In this document: positions 1 to 9,198 of the stretch, one piece after another | Position numbering within the stretch: the first letter of the stretch is position 1 | Layout of the letters: every line of letters starts with the position of its first letter | The notes under the pieces: model-generated | Database searches by the model: none | The model's input: the letters and a program-made list of their open reading frames with translations, nothing else | What the model was told of the DNA's origin: nothing | Translations under genes and position numbers: made by a program | Assembly (NCBI GenBank): GCA_963789395.1 | Contig: CAWBKP010000022.1 | Span: 333,455 to 397,454 of the forward strand | Length of the DNA: 64,000 nt | Reading direction: 5' to 3' | DNA from: an uncultured delta proteobacterium | GTDB taxonomy: Bacteria; Desulfobacterota; Desulfobacteria; Desulfobacterales; Desulfatirhabdiaceae

Positions 1-2
1 TT

Positions 3-1967
3 CATTACCTTTACAAGGAGAGTCGGTTGCCGGTAAATGTGGACCTTGCCGACCCCAAGCTGGATGATCCCGAGATCCGGGCACGCATGGTGGCTACCTT
101 CCAGCGCGGACTGGGGGCGGTGGTGAGTTACGTCCTGCCCCTGCAGCACGGTTCCTGGAAGAGCGGTCCCTGGCCTTTCCGGGGAGAGCACTTGTTCCTG
201 CTGCCCGGAGATTCTCCGGCCGGGCTGCGTCTGCCCCTGGAGTCTCTGCCATGGGTTTCCAAGGCGGATTTTTCATTTGACCATCCGCTGGACCCCATGG
301 CCGACCGGGGGCCGCTGCCGTACCTTCACGAAGACCAGCTGGTTCTATCTGGGAGGCCGGCAGAGGAGCTGAGGGACGGTCTGCGGACCCAGCCGGAAGC
401 CTTTGACGACCCGGTGCCGGCTGCCGGAGAATCCGCTGCCTGGCTGGTGCGAACCGCCCTGTGCATTCAGCCCCGCCAAGGCCGGCTGTATGTGTTCATG
501 CCGCCGGTGGCCTCCCTGGAAGGGTATCTGGAACTTCTGGCCGCCATCGAAGCAACCGCCGCGAAGACCCGGCTGCCGGTCGTGATCGAAGGCTACACGC
601 CGCCCTATGATCCGCGCCTGGAGTGTCTGAAAGTCACCCCGGACCCCGGGGTCATCGAGGTGAACATCCAGCCCATGCACAGCTGGCGGCAGATGGTGGA
701 CTTTACCACGTCGCTTTACGAAACAGCCCGCCTGACCCGCCTGGGAACGGAAAAATTCATGATGGACGGCCGCCACACCGGAACCGGCGGCGGCAACCAC
801 ATCGTTATCGGCGGCGCAACGCCGGCGGACAGTCCCTTTCTGCGGCGGCCTGACCTCCTGCGCAGCTTTGTCACTTTCTGGAACAACCATCCGTCGCTCT
901 CGTTTCTTTTTTCCGGCCTCTTTATCGGCCCCACCAGCCAGCAGCCGCGCATCGACGAAGCCCGGCACGACAGCCTCTATGAACTGGAGATCGCCTTTGC
1001 CGAACTGGATCGGCAAACGGGTCCGGACCGGCCATGTCCGCCGTGGCTGGTGGATCGACTGTTCCGCCACCTGCTGGTGGACGTCACCGGCAACACCCAC
1101 CGGGCGGAATTCTGCATCGACAAGCTTTTTTCCCCGGACAGCGCCGCCGGAAGGCTGGGGCTGCTGGAGTTCCGGTCCTTTGAGATGCCGCCCCACGCCC
1201 GAATGAGCTTGGCCCAGCAACTGCTCCTGCGCATTTTTGTGGCCTGGTTCTGGCAGACGCCTTACCGCCGGGACCTGGTGCGGTGGGGCACGCTGCTTCA
1301 TGACCGCTTCATGCTGCCCCAGCCGATCCGCGATGATTTTGCGGACGTACTAAAGACATTGAATCAGGCAGGGTTTCCGGTCTCGATGGATTTTTTCCAT
1401 CCCCATTTCGAGTTTCGCTTCCCCATCTACGGCAAGGTGGAGAGCCAGGGCATGGAAATCGAGCTTCGCCAGGCCCTGGAACCCTGGCATGTGCTGGGCG
1501 AGGAGCCCGGCGGCGGGGGGACAGCCCGTTACGTGGACTCTTCAGTGGAGCGGCTCCAGGTAAAGATCTCCGGCATGACCGGAGAGCGCCACATTCTCAC
1601 CTGTAACGGGCGGCGCGTGCCCCTTCAGCCCACCACCGCGGCCGGTGTGTTCGTGGCCGGGGTCCGGTACCGGGCCTGGCAGCCGCCGGCCTGTCTGCAT
1701 CCCACTATCGGCGTGCATACCCCCCTGGTGATCGACGTGCTGGACACCTGGTCCGGCCGGGCCGTCGGCGGATGCTCGTATCACGTGGGCCATCCGGGTG
1801 GCCGCCACCACGACGTGTTCCCCGTCAACGCCTATGAGGCCGAAGGCCGGCGCAATGCGCGGTTTGCTCCCGGCGGCCACACTCCCGGGATACGTGAGGT
1901 GATCCCGGCGGTGGAACCCAATCCCTGTTTTCCGTATACCCTTGACTTGCGGCGGCGAACGGGTTAA
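3..1967 (+). CDS. DUF2126-family (transglutaminase-associated amidoligase-like) protein, 5'-partial
   Basis: Frame open to the window edge (HYLYKESRLPVN...). Motifs TPDPGVIEVN, HTGTGGGNH, GNTHRAEFCIDKL and RLGLLEFRSFEMPPH are typical of DUF2126. Confidence 0.85.
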   Translation, partial: HYLYKESRLPVNVDLADPKLDDPEIRARMVATFQRGLGAVVSYVLPLQHGSWKSGPWPFRGEHLFLLPGDSPAGLRLPLESLPWVSKADFSFDHPLDPMADRGPLPYLHEDQLVLSGRPAEELRDGLRTQPEAFDDPVPAAGESAAWLVRTALCIQPRQGRLYVFMPPVASLEGYLELLAAIEATAAKTRLPVVIEGYTPPYDPRLECLKVTPDPGVIEVNIQPMHSWRQMVDFTTSLYETARLTRLGTEKFMMDGRHTGTGGGNHIVIGGATPADSPFLRRPDLLRSFVTFWNNHPSLSFLFSGLFIGPTSQQPRIDEARHDSLYELEIAFAELDRQTGPDRPCPPWLVDRLFRHLLVDVTGNTHRAEFCIDKLFSPDSAAGRLGLLEFRSFEMPPHARMSLAQQLLLRIFVAWFWQTPYRRDLVRWGTLLHDRFMLPQPIRDDFADVLKTLNQAGFPVSMDFFHPHFEFRFPIYGKVESQGMEIELRQALEPWHVLGEEPGGGGTARYVDSSVERLQVKISGMTGERHILTCNGRRVPLQPTTAAGVFVAGVRYRAWQPPACLHPTIGVHTPLVIDVLDTWSGRAVGGCSYHVGHPGGRHHDVFPVNAYEAEGRRNARFAPGGHTPGIREVIPAVEPNPCFPYTLDLRRRTG

Positions 1968-1985
1968 ATCGGGCACGAACATCCC

Positions 1986-4547
1986 ATGCTGCAGGACGGC
2001 GGGACCCAATACGAGACATCATATATGATCAAGGCAGACATTACCGATCCGGCGCCACCACTACCCGTGCCGCCTTCCCTGTTCGGCACGCTCGCTTGTC
2101 CGAGCGACGCCTATTGTGAGGCATTGCTGTCTCCTGCAGTGCCCCGTGAACACTGGCAGCCGATCATCGCTGCATTGGATGCCTCGGGGCCCGATGTGCT
2201 CAGCCAGCGCCAGGACAGGGTCAGGCGCATGCGACACGAGGACGGGGCCACCTTCAACCCCTTCGATGACCCGAGTGGCCGGGGGACTCCCTGGGCACTG
2301 GAAATGATCCCGCTGCCCCTCACCGCGGGGGAATGGGCGGGACTGGAGACAGGTTTGACGCAGCGGGCACTTCTGCTGGAAAAAATCCTGGCGGACGTTT
2401 ACGGGCCCCAGAACCTGCTGAAGGCCGGGTGCATTCCGCCGGAGCTGATCTTTGCCAATCCCCGGTTTCTGCGAACCTGTCACGGCATTCAACCTGCTGG
2501 AAACCGGTTTCTGACCTATTACGCGGCCGACCTGTACCGGGGCGCGGACGGATGCTTCAAGGTGCTTCGGGATTACGGGGCAAATCCGTCCGGCCTGGGA
2601 TATGCCCTGGAGAACCGGATCGTGATTTCGCGGGTTTTTTCCGAGCTCTACCATAAAACCCAGATCCGCCGGCTTGCGCCGTTTTTTCAAACCTTTCACC
2701 GAAGCCTGATCCAGCGTGCAACCCGACAGCGGGAGAACACCGGCATCGTGCTGCTCTCTCCGGGGCCGGAAAGCCGCATCTACTTCGAGCATGCCCTGCT
2801 TTCCCGATATCTGGGCTATCCCCTGGTGGAGGGCCAGGATCTGACCGTACGTAACGGCAAGGTGTTTCTCAAGAAACTGGCCGGTCTGGAGCCGGTGGAG
2901 GCTATTTTCCGGCATACCGAGGACGAGAGCAGCGATCCCTTCGCCCTGCGGCGGGGAACGGCAGACGGGGTGGCGGGACTCATTCAGGTCTGCCGGGAGC
3001 AGCATATCGACCTTGTCAACCCCATCGGCAGCGGGTTTGCGGAGACGCCGGTTCTGCCGGTCTTCCTGCCCGGGCTCTGCCGCCGCCTGATGGGAACGGA
3101 GTTGATACTGGAAAGCCATCCGTCATGGTGGTGCGGCAGCGCCGAGGGGCTGAACCACGTTCTGGCGAATATAGATCAATTGTCGGTGTATCCGGCCATG
3201 GAACCGGCGGCATCCGTTCTTCCGGCCGACCTGACGGCGGCGATTCAGGCCGCGCCCCGTGCGTTCATGGCGAGGGGACCGGTTTTCCCTGCCGTGGCGC
3301 CCGCCTGGAATCAAAGCAGCGTGAGCGTCCGCCACACCCTGTTGCGGGTCTTTGCCTGCGCAACGGAAGATGGGTTTAGCGTCATGTCCGGCGGTCTGGC
3401 CATCACCGCCCCGGATGTGGAAACATTGATTGGCGACTGCTTGGAACGGCAACAGAGCAAGGACATCTGGGTGCTTTCCGAACAGCCGGTGGAACCTTTC
3501 AGCCTCATGGGCGGACTTCAGGCCGTGACCGAATTCCGGCGCAGCAGCGATCTTCCCAGCCGGGTAGCGGATCACTTGCTGTGGCTGGGCCGCTACCTGG
3601 AGCGGGCCGAGGGGCTGGTCCGGCTCCTGCGGTCCGTCTTCCGCAGGCTTTCCGGCGAAGCCCGTACAGGAGATATCCCCGATCTGCCGTTTCTGCTGAA
3701 ACTTCTCATGGCGGAAAACACCATTCCCCGATCTGCCGGCAACGCAGAAGGCAACCCCTTCTATCCCGAGCTGTCGGCCCACCTGAATGCCGCCTTGTAC
3801 CGCAAGGATCATCCCGCAAGCGTGGTCTCCATTCTTATTCGGGTGCAGGAGGCGGCCCGGAACGTGCGCGATCGGCTCTCCCTGGACTGCTGGCGGGTGA
3901 TCAACCGGCTGGACGGATTTGCCGATACCCCGGCAGGTGACCCGCTGGATCTTCTGGATGACACGCTGTTTACCCTGAGCGCCTTCAGCGGGCTGGCTAT
4001 GGAGAGCATGACCCGTGGTCTGGGGTGGCGCTTCATGGATATGGGACGCCGGGTGGAGCGGGCCTTGAACCTGACCGGCCTGATCCGTATCGGCATTCCC
4101 CTGGTTTGCACCGAATCCCGAAGCGCTCTGGAGGCGCTGTTGGAGGTGGCTGACAGCATCATGACCTACCGGGCACGATACCGAACGGATTTTCAGCTGG
4201 CGCCGGTGCTGGACCTGCTGCTTGTGGACGAAAGCAATCCCAAATCCCTGGCATTCCAGTTCAGCCATCTGGCAGCCCATGTGGAGCACCTGCCCCGGCA
4301 GAGCGACCGGCGCTATGCCAGTCCGGAGGAGCGCATGGCGCTGGAGATGCTCACCGCCGTGCGTCTGGTGGATCTTGCCGGCCTGGGCTGCGACGACGGC
4401 GGCGCCAAAACCGAGTCATTGGCGGGTTTTCTTAACTCCCTGGAGAGCCGCCTGAAAGAATTCGCCCAGCAGGTCAGCGCCCACTATCTGAGCCGGGTTC
4501 CGGCAACGCCCCATTTCTCCATGATTCCCGGCGACCGCAACCCATGA
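1986..4547 (+). CDS. Circularly permuted type 2 ATP-grasp protein fused to an alpha-E domain
   Basis: PSGLGYALENR, YFEHALLSRYLGYPLVEGQDL, SKDIWV, then alpha-E motif LPSRVADHLLWLGRYLERAE. Start codon uncertain (1986 or 2025). Confidence 0.85.
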   Translation: MLQDGGTQYETSYMIKADITDPAPPLPVPPSLFGTLACPSDAYCEALLSPAVPREHWQPIIAALDASGPDVLSQRQDRVRRMRHEDGATFNPFDDPSGRGTPWALEMIPLPLTAGEWAGLETGLTQRALLLEKILADVYGPQNLLKAGCIPPELIFANPRFLRTCHGIQPAGNRFLTYYAADLYRGADGCFKVLRDYGANPSGLGYALENRIVISRVFSELYHKTQIRRLAPFFQTFHRSLIQRATRQRENTGIVLLSPGPESRIYFEHALLSRYLGYPLVEGQDLTVRNGKVFLKKLAGLEPVEAIFRHTEDESSDPFALRRGTADGVAGLIQVCREQHIDLVNPIGSGFAETPVLPVFLPGLCRRLMGTELILESHPSWWCGSAEGLNHVLANIDQLSVYPAMEPAASVLPADLTAAIQAAPRAFMARGPVFPAVAPAWNQSSVSVRHTLLRVFACATEDGFSVMSGGLAITAPDVETLIGDCLERQQSKDIWVLSEQPVEPFSLMGGLQAVTEFRRSSDLPSRVADHLLWLGRYLERAEGLVRLLRSVFRRLSGEARTGDIPDLPFLLKLLMAENTIPRSAGNAEGNPFYPELSAHLNAALYRKDHPASVVSILIRVQEAARNVRDRLSLDCWRVINRLDGFADTPAGDPLDLLDDTLFTLSAFSGLAMESMTRGLGWRFMDMGRRVERALNLTGLIRIGIPLVCTESRSALEALLEVADSIMTYRARYRTDFQLAPVLDLLLVDESNPKSLAFQFSHLAAHVEHLPRQSDRRYASPEERMALEMLTAVRLVDLAGLGCDDGGAKTESLAGFLNSLESRLKEFAQQVSAHYLSRVPATPHFSMIPGDRNP

Positions 4548-5419
4548 AATACCGGATCATTCATAAAACGGCATACCGCTATTCGGAGCCGGCCTCTCTG
4601 TCCCAGAACGAACTGCTCCTGCATCCTCGTGAGACCGTTACCCAGAGAGTAGTCCAAAGCCGATTGGACATTGTACCAGAGCCCCAATACCTGCACCGGC
4701 GGATCGATTACTTCGGCAACATCGTCCAGATTTTCATGGTGCAGCACCCTCACAACGAGCTGGCCATGACCGCCACCAGCAGGGTGGAAACGACACCGCC
4801 TGTCACACCGGCTCCGGCAGGCACGCCCCCCTGGGAGACCGTGGCCCGGCGGCTGGCCGTCCATGAGGACACTGCGGAACTGGATGCCTGCCAGTTTGTA
4901 TTTGCCAGTCCGATGATTGCGATCAATCCTGGCGCCATGGCCTATGTGCGGCCATCCTTTCCGCCGGGGGTTCCCGTGCTGGCGGGCGCCTTGGATCTGA
5001 TGCGGCGGATTTTTGCGGAATTCTCCTACGACAAGTCTGCCACCACCGTGGATACTTCCGTGGATCAGGTGTTGGCAAGCCGCAAAGGGGTGTGCCAGGA
5101 TTTCGCCCACCTTGCCATCAGCTGCCTGAGGGCGCTGGGGCTGGCGGCCCGTTATGTGAGCGGCTATCTGGAAACGGCGCCGCCGCCTGGAAAACCCAGG
5201 CTGGTCGGTGCGGACGCATCCCATGCCTGGATCTCCCTGTTCGTTCCGGATACGGGCTGGGTGGATCTGGATCCCACCAACAACCTGATCCCCGGTGAAA
5301 ACCATATCACCCTTGCCTGGGGGAGGGATTACGGCGACGTCACCCCGGTGAAAGGAGTGGTAATGGGCGGCGGGTTGCACACGCTGTCCGTGATGGTGGA
5401 TGTATCGGCGCAGGAATGA
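4544..5419 (+). CDS. Transglutaminase family protein (N-terminal bacterial TG domain + catalytic core)
   Basis: GVCQDFAH (catalytic Cys), ARYVSGY, SHAW, DLDPTN, GRDYGDV. ATGA overlap with the upstream gene. Confidence 0.9.
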   Translation: MKYRIIHKTAYRYSEPASLSQNELLLHPRETVTQRVVQSRLDIVPEPQYLHRRIDYFGNIVQIFMVQHPHNELAMTATSRVETTPPVTPAPAGTPPWETVARRLAVHEDTAELDACQFVFASPMIAINPGAMAYVRPSFPPGVPVLAGALDLMRRIFAEFSYDKSATTVDTSVDQVLASRKGVCQDFAHLAISCLRALGLAARYVSGYLETAPPPGKPRLVGADASHAWISLFVPDTGWVDLDPTNNLIPGENHITLAWGRDYGDVTPVKGVVMGGGLHTLSVMVDVSAQE

Positions 5420-5489
5420 CGAAGATGGATGCTGATCGCTGTTTTGTACTGCTCATTGAACTCGCAGCGGTATCAGAAACGCCATGGAG

Positions 5490-6956
5490 TCAAAGGTTGC
5501 TGTCCACCGTCAATTCCCGATAAAGCGATACATAGTTCCGTGCGGCGTTGTTCCAGGAAAAATCCATGGACATGCAATTGGACTGGATGCGGCTCCAGAT
5601 TGTCGGCGTTTGGTAAATACCGACGGCTTTTTGAATTGCGGCCAGGCAGTGAGCGGAATCCGCGTTCATGAACGTAAACCCGGTGCCCTCACCGGAACCC
5701 GGATTCACCTCGGATACCGTGTCATTCAGTCCGCCGGTGGCGCGAACCACGGGAACCGTCCCATATTTCATCGCATACAGCTGGGTCAAACCGCAGGGCT
5801 CATAGCGGGAGGGAATCAAAAGCAAGTCGGCGCCGGCCAGAATCCCTCTGGCCAATGCGTCGTCAAAGCGCTGAATGAAGGCGAACGCGCCTTTGCAGCG
5901 CTTGCCAACCTGTTGAAGCGCCTGCTGCAACGTCTCGTCACCGGTTCCCAGAATGACTACCCCCGCCTTCAGGGATTCCGTCAGTTCATTCAGTATCGGT
6001 ATGATCAGATCAATCCCTTTTTGAATATCCAGCCGGGATACAATGCCGATGAGCGGACGGTTTATGAGACGCTCCTCCAGTTGACATGACCGAAGCAGGG
6101 CGGCTTTGCAGATGCGTTTTCCGGACAAGTCGTCAGACGTGTACCGTGCGGGAATGATCGGATCCGTCTCAGGGTTCCACTGCCGGTAATCGACACCGTT
6201 CAGGATACCGGACACGGATGCCTGCCGGTTGCGAAGGACGCCTTCCAGACCTTTGCCGTATTCCGGCGTCTGAATCTCCCGCGCATAGGTCGGACTGACC
6301 GTGGATACTGCCCGGCTATACACCAGCCCGGCTTTCAGCATGCTCCACTTTCCGTAAAATTCCAGTCCGTTCGGCTGATAATGGGATGAGTCCAGACCGG
6401 TCAATGCGTATTTATCACTTGAAAAGAGGCCGGAATATCCCAGATTGTGTACGGTAAAAAGGGTTTTGACCTGCCGAAGCGCCGGTTCCAGCTGCATGTA
6501 GAGCGGAATCAGGCCGGTATGCCAGTCGTTGCAGTGGACGATATGAGGGTCAAAATCCCAGGCATGCATCAGTGATGCAACTGCCCGGCAGAAAAAAATA
6601 AACCGCTCGGCATTGTCGTAATAGTCGCCATCGCCATTGGCGTAAAGATGGGGCCGGTCAAACATGTCTTCCCGGTCGATGACATAAATCGGGGCGATGT
6701 TTTCATCGGAGAGTTTGCACACCTGAAAGCTCAGGCGCTGAGAACCCAGCCAGGTGTGCAGACCGGGCCAGAGCGGCTCTTCCCGTAAACCGTGTTCAAA
6801 CACCTGCCTGTACCCCGGCAGAATCACGCGGACATCCACATTCAATCGCCGCAGGGCATCGGGAAGGCTGCCGGCGACATCGGCCAGTCCGCCGGTTTTG
6901 GCAAAAGGCGCAGCTTCGGCTGCGATAAAGACAACGCGAAGCGCTGAATTGTCCAT
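5490..6956 (-). CDS. glgA: Glycogen synthase
   Basis: KTGGLADV, HCNDWHT, PSRYEPCGLTQL, RATGGLNDTV. GGAGG RBS upstream of ATG at 6956. Confidence 0.93.
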   Translation of the reverse strand: MDNSALRVVFIAAEAAPFAKTGGLADVAGSLPDALRRLNVDVRVILPGYRQVFEHGLREEPLWPGLHTWLGSQRLSFQVCKLSDENIAPIYVIDREDMFDRPHLYANGDGDYYDNAERFIFFCRAVASLMHAWDFDPHIVHCNDWHTGLIPLYMQLEPALRQVKTLFTVHNLGYSGLFSSDKYALTGLDSSHYQPNGLEFYGKWSMLKAGLVYSRAVSTVSPTYAREIQTPEYGKGLEGVLRNRQASVSGILNGVDYRQWNPETDPIIPARYTSDDLSGKRICKAALLRSCQLEERLINRPLIGIVSRLDIQKGIDLIIPILNELTESLKAGVVILGTGDETLQQALQQVGKRCKGAFAFIQRFDDALARGILAGADLLLIPSRYEPCGLTQLYAMKYGTVPVVRATGGLNDTVSEVNPGSGEGTGFTFMNADSAHCLAAIQKAVGIYQTPTIWSRIQSNCMSMDFSWNNAARNYVSLYRELTVDSNL

Positions 6957-7072
6957 CGTAATCCTCCAATCCATGGATCGTAACAAATAAGATTGTATGC
7001 AGTCCGGATTCGATAACACTGAACCCCCGTGATGTCCATAAAGAAATTAAGGGACGTACATCAAAAAATAAG

Positions 7073-7100
7073 TTGATAATGGAAATTGCTGTGATATAAG
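7073..7100 (+). promoter_or_regulatory. Putative sigma70 promoter of the transposase (near-leaderless)
   Basis: TTGATA-16nt-TATAAG with TG before the -10 box. ATG follows 7 nt later with no obvious RBS. Confidence 0.4.
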
Positions 7101-7107
7101 AGATGTC

Positions 7108-8109
7108 ATGCCAAGAAAAGCAAGAATAGATGCGCCGGGCGCTCTGCATCATATCATCGTCAGAGGCATTGATCGCCGAAAGATTTTTCTGGATGATACG
7201 GATCGGGATGATTTTCTGAACCGTTTATCCGTCGTTCTGGACGATACCCAGACCGCCTGTTTTGCCTGGGCTCTGATGCCAAATCATTTTCACCTGCTTC
7301 TCAGAACCGGAAACGCAGCCATTTCGCGGGTGATGCAGCGAATTCTGACAGGGTATGTCATTTCATTCAACAGGCGACATCGCCGGCATGGGCATCTGTT
7401 TCAAAACCGTTACAAGTCGATTTTATGCCAGGAGGACGCCTATCTGCTGGAACTCGTCCGGTATATTCACCTGAATCCGCTGCGGACCGGACTTATCCAG
7501 AATTTAAATGAACTGCAGGAATATCCGTATAGTGGGCACAGCGCTTTTTTCAAGAAAAATTACCGTTCCTGGCAGGATACCGATTATGTGTTGAAACAGT
7601 TTTATTCAAGTGTTTCGGTTGCCCGGCGGCGGTATCTTGAATTTGTTGAAAAAGGAAGTTGTCAGGGGCGTCGGGATGAGCTTGTCGGCGGCGGGTTGAT
7701 CCGGAGCGCAGGAGGCTGGGCTGCTGTTAAGACATTGCATAAGGCCGGCAATTTTCAAAAAAATGATGAGAGAATTTTAGGTGATGGCGATTTTGTAGAA
7801 AAGGTTTTATCATTTTCAAATGAAAAGATGGAACGCGGCTATCGTCTGAAGTCAAAGGGAGTGAATTTCCAAGCAGTCGTCCAAAGAGCGGGGACGCTGA
7901 CAGGGGTTGATCCGAAAATTGTCTTGTCAGGAGATCGCGGGCGGCGAACAGTACAGGCGCGAAGTCTTGCCTGTTATTGGGCTGCCGAAGAGCTGGGATT
8001 AAAACAGCCGGAAATAAGTTTAAAGCTGGGGATGACTCAGGCTGCGGTGAGCATGGCGATCAAGCGCGGCAAACTGTTTGCCAGTGAAAACAAATTGACT
8101 CTGGAATAA
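7108..8109 (+). CDS. REP-associated tyrosine transposase (Y1_Tnp, RAYT-like) with C-terminal HTH/DnaA_C-like domain
   Basis: MPRKARID...HHIIVRG, LMPNHFHLL (HUH), GHLFQNRYKS, LVRYIHLNP (catalytic Tyr), C-terminal helix-turn-helix-like segment. Confidence 0.88.
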   Translation: MPRKARIDAPGALHHIIVRGIDRRKIFLDDTDRDDFLNRLSVVLDDTQTACFAWALMPNHFHLLLRTGNAAISRVMQRILTGYVISFNRRHRRHGHLFQNRYKSILCQEDAYLLELVRYIHLNPLRTGLIQNLNELQEYPYSGHSAFFKKNYRSWQDTDYVLKQFYSSVSVARRRYLEFVEKGSCQGRRDELVGGGLIRSAGGWAAVKTLHKAGNFQKNDERILGDGDFVEKVLSFSNEKMERGYRLKSKGVNFQAVVQRAGTLTGVDPKIVLSGDRGRRTVQARSLACYWAAEELGLKQPEISLKLGMTQAAVSMAIKRGKLFASENKLTLE

Positions 8110-8155
8110 AAGTTATTGATTGATGTACGTCCCCTATGTTTACAAAGGAGAGGTG

Positions 8156-9178
8156 ATGAAATTCGATGTCATTAAAAAAGAAACCGTCATGCTCGACCCC
8201 CAGAAGGATATGGCCGAGCGCCGAATCTCCAGTGAAATCCGAATTGATCCCCTGACCGGCCGGACCGCCAGGATCTGCCACTTCATGAAGCTTCAATGGC
8301 AGAAGCCCGATTTCGATAAAATTGTCGCGGGAACCGACGCCTGGTGCCCGTTCTGCGCGGACAGGGTATTGAAGATTACGCCCTGCTTTCCCAAAGAGCT
8401 CATCCCGGAAGGACGTATGCAAAAAGACGACATGGTGATTTTCCCGAACATCGCTCCCTACGACAGCATCGGGGCAGTGGCGACGTTCGGCGCCCGCCAC
8501 TTTATTCCCATGACGGCGTTTACGCCTGCGCACATGGCCGCTGCATTCGGTTTTGCGCAGGATTTTTTCAGGCGCATCGAAAGCACCGGCCATCCGGAAT
8601 CCGTGTACCACATCATCAACTGGAACTATATGCCGCCGGCTGGAAGCTCTCTCATCCATCCCCACCTTCAGGTCTTTTCCACATCATCGGCGCCCAATCT
8701 TCTGCGGCAGGAACTGGAAGCCTCGAAAAACTATCGGGACAGCCGCAACGCCAACTTCTGGGAGGATCTTGTAGCGGCCGAGAGGAATGCGGGAAAACGC
8801 TACCTTGGAAAGATCGGCCGCACACATTGGATGACGTCTTTTGCTCCCATGGGCGTTGCCGGAGACGTGCTGGCGGTTCTGGAAGATGCAAGGTGCATGC
8901 TGGATCTCAGCGGGCAGGATTTTTTTGACATCGCCTCCGGGCTTTCAAATGTCATTGCCGAATACGACAAGATGGGAATCTACAGCTTCAATATGAATTT
9001 TTTCACCGGCATGAAAACCGATGACCATTTCCGCTTTCACCTGCTCTTTTCGCCCCGCACATTCTTCAACCAGCAACTGGGGACACCGGATGTCGGTGCC
9101 CTGCGCAGCCTGTTCAATGAAACCGCGTGCATGGCTTTTCCGGAAGAAATTAATCAGATGCTGAAGAACGGTTTTTAG
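8156..9178 (+). CDS. GalT-like nucleotidyltransferase (HIT superfamily)
   Basis: EIRIDPLTG, CPFC, FPNIAPY, AGSSLIHPHLQ (HxHxQ). AAAGGAG RBS. Substrate uncertain. Confidence 0.75.
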   Translation: MKFDVIKKETVMLDPQKDMAERRISSEIRIDPLTGRTARICHFMKLQWQKPDFDKIVAGTDAWCPFCADRVLKITPCFPKELIPEGRMQKDDMVIFPNIAPYDSIGAVATFGARHFIPMTAFTPAHMAAAFGFAQDFFRRIESTGHPESVYHIINWNYMPPAGSSLIHPHLQVFSTSSAPNLLRQELEASKNYRDSRNANFWEDLVAAERNAGKRYLGKIGRTHWMTSFAPMGVAGDVLAVLEDARCMLDLSGQDFFDIASGLSNVIAEYDKMGIYSFNMNFFTGMKTDDHFRFHLLFSPRTFFNQQLGTPDVGALRSLFNETACMAFPEEINQMLKNGF

Positions 9179-9198
9179 AACTCCGACAGGACCCTTTG

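Larger units (their letters stand above)
7051..8133 (+). mobile_element. Putative element carrying a RAYT-type HUH transposase between terminal inverted repeats
   Basis: GGGACGTACATCAA (7051-7064) and TTGATGTACGTCCC (8120-8133) are a perfect 14-bp IR enclosing the transposase gene. Interior looks more AT-rich than the flanks. Confidence 0.65.
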
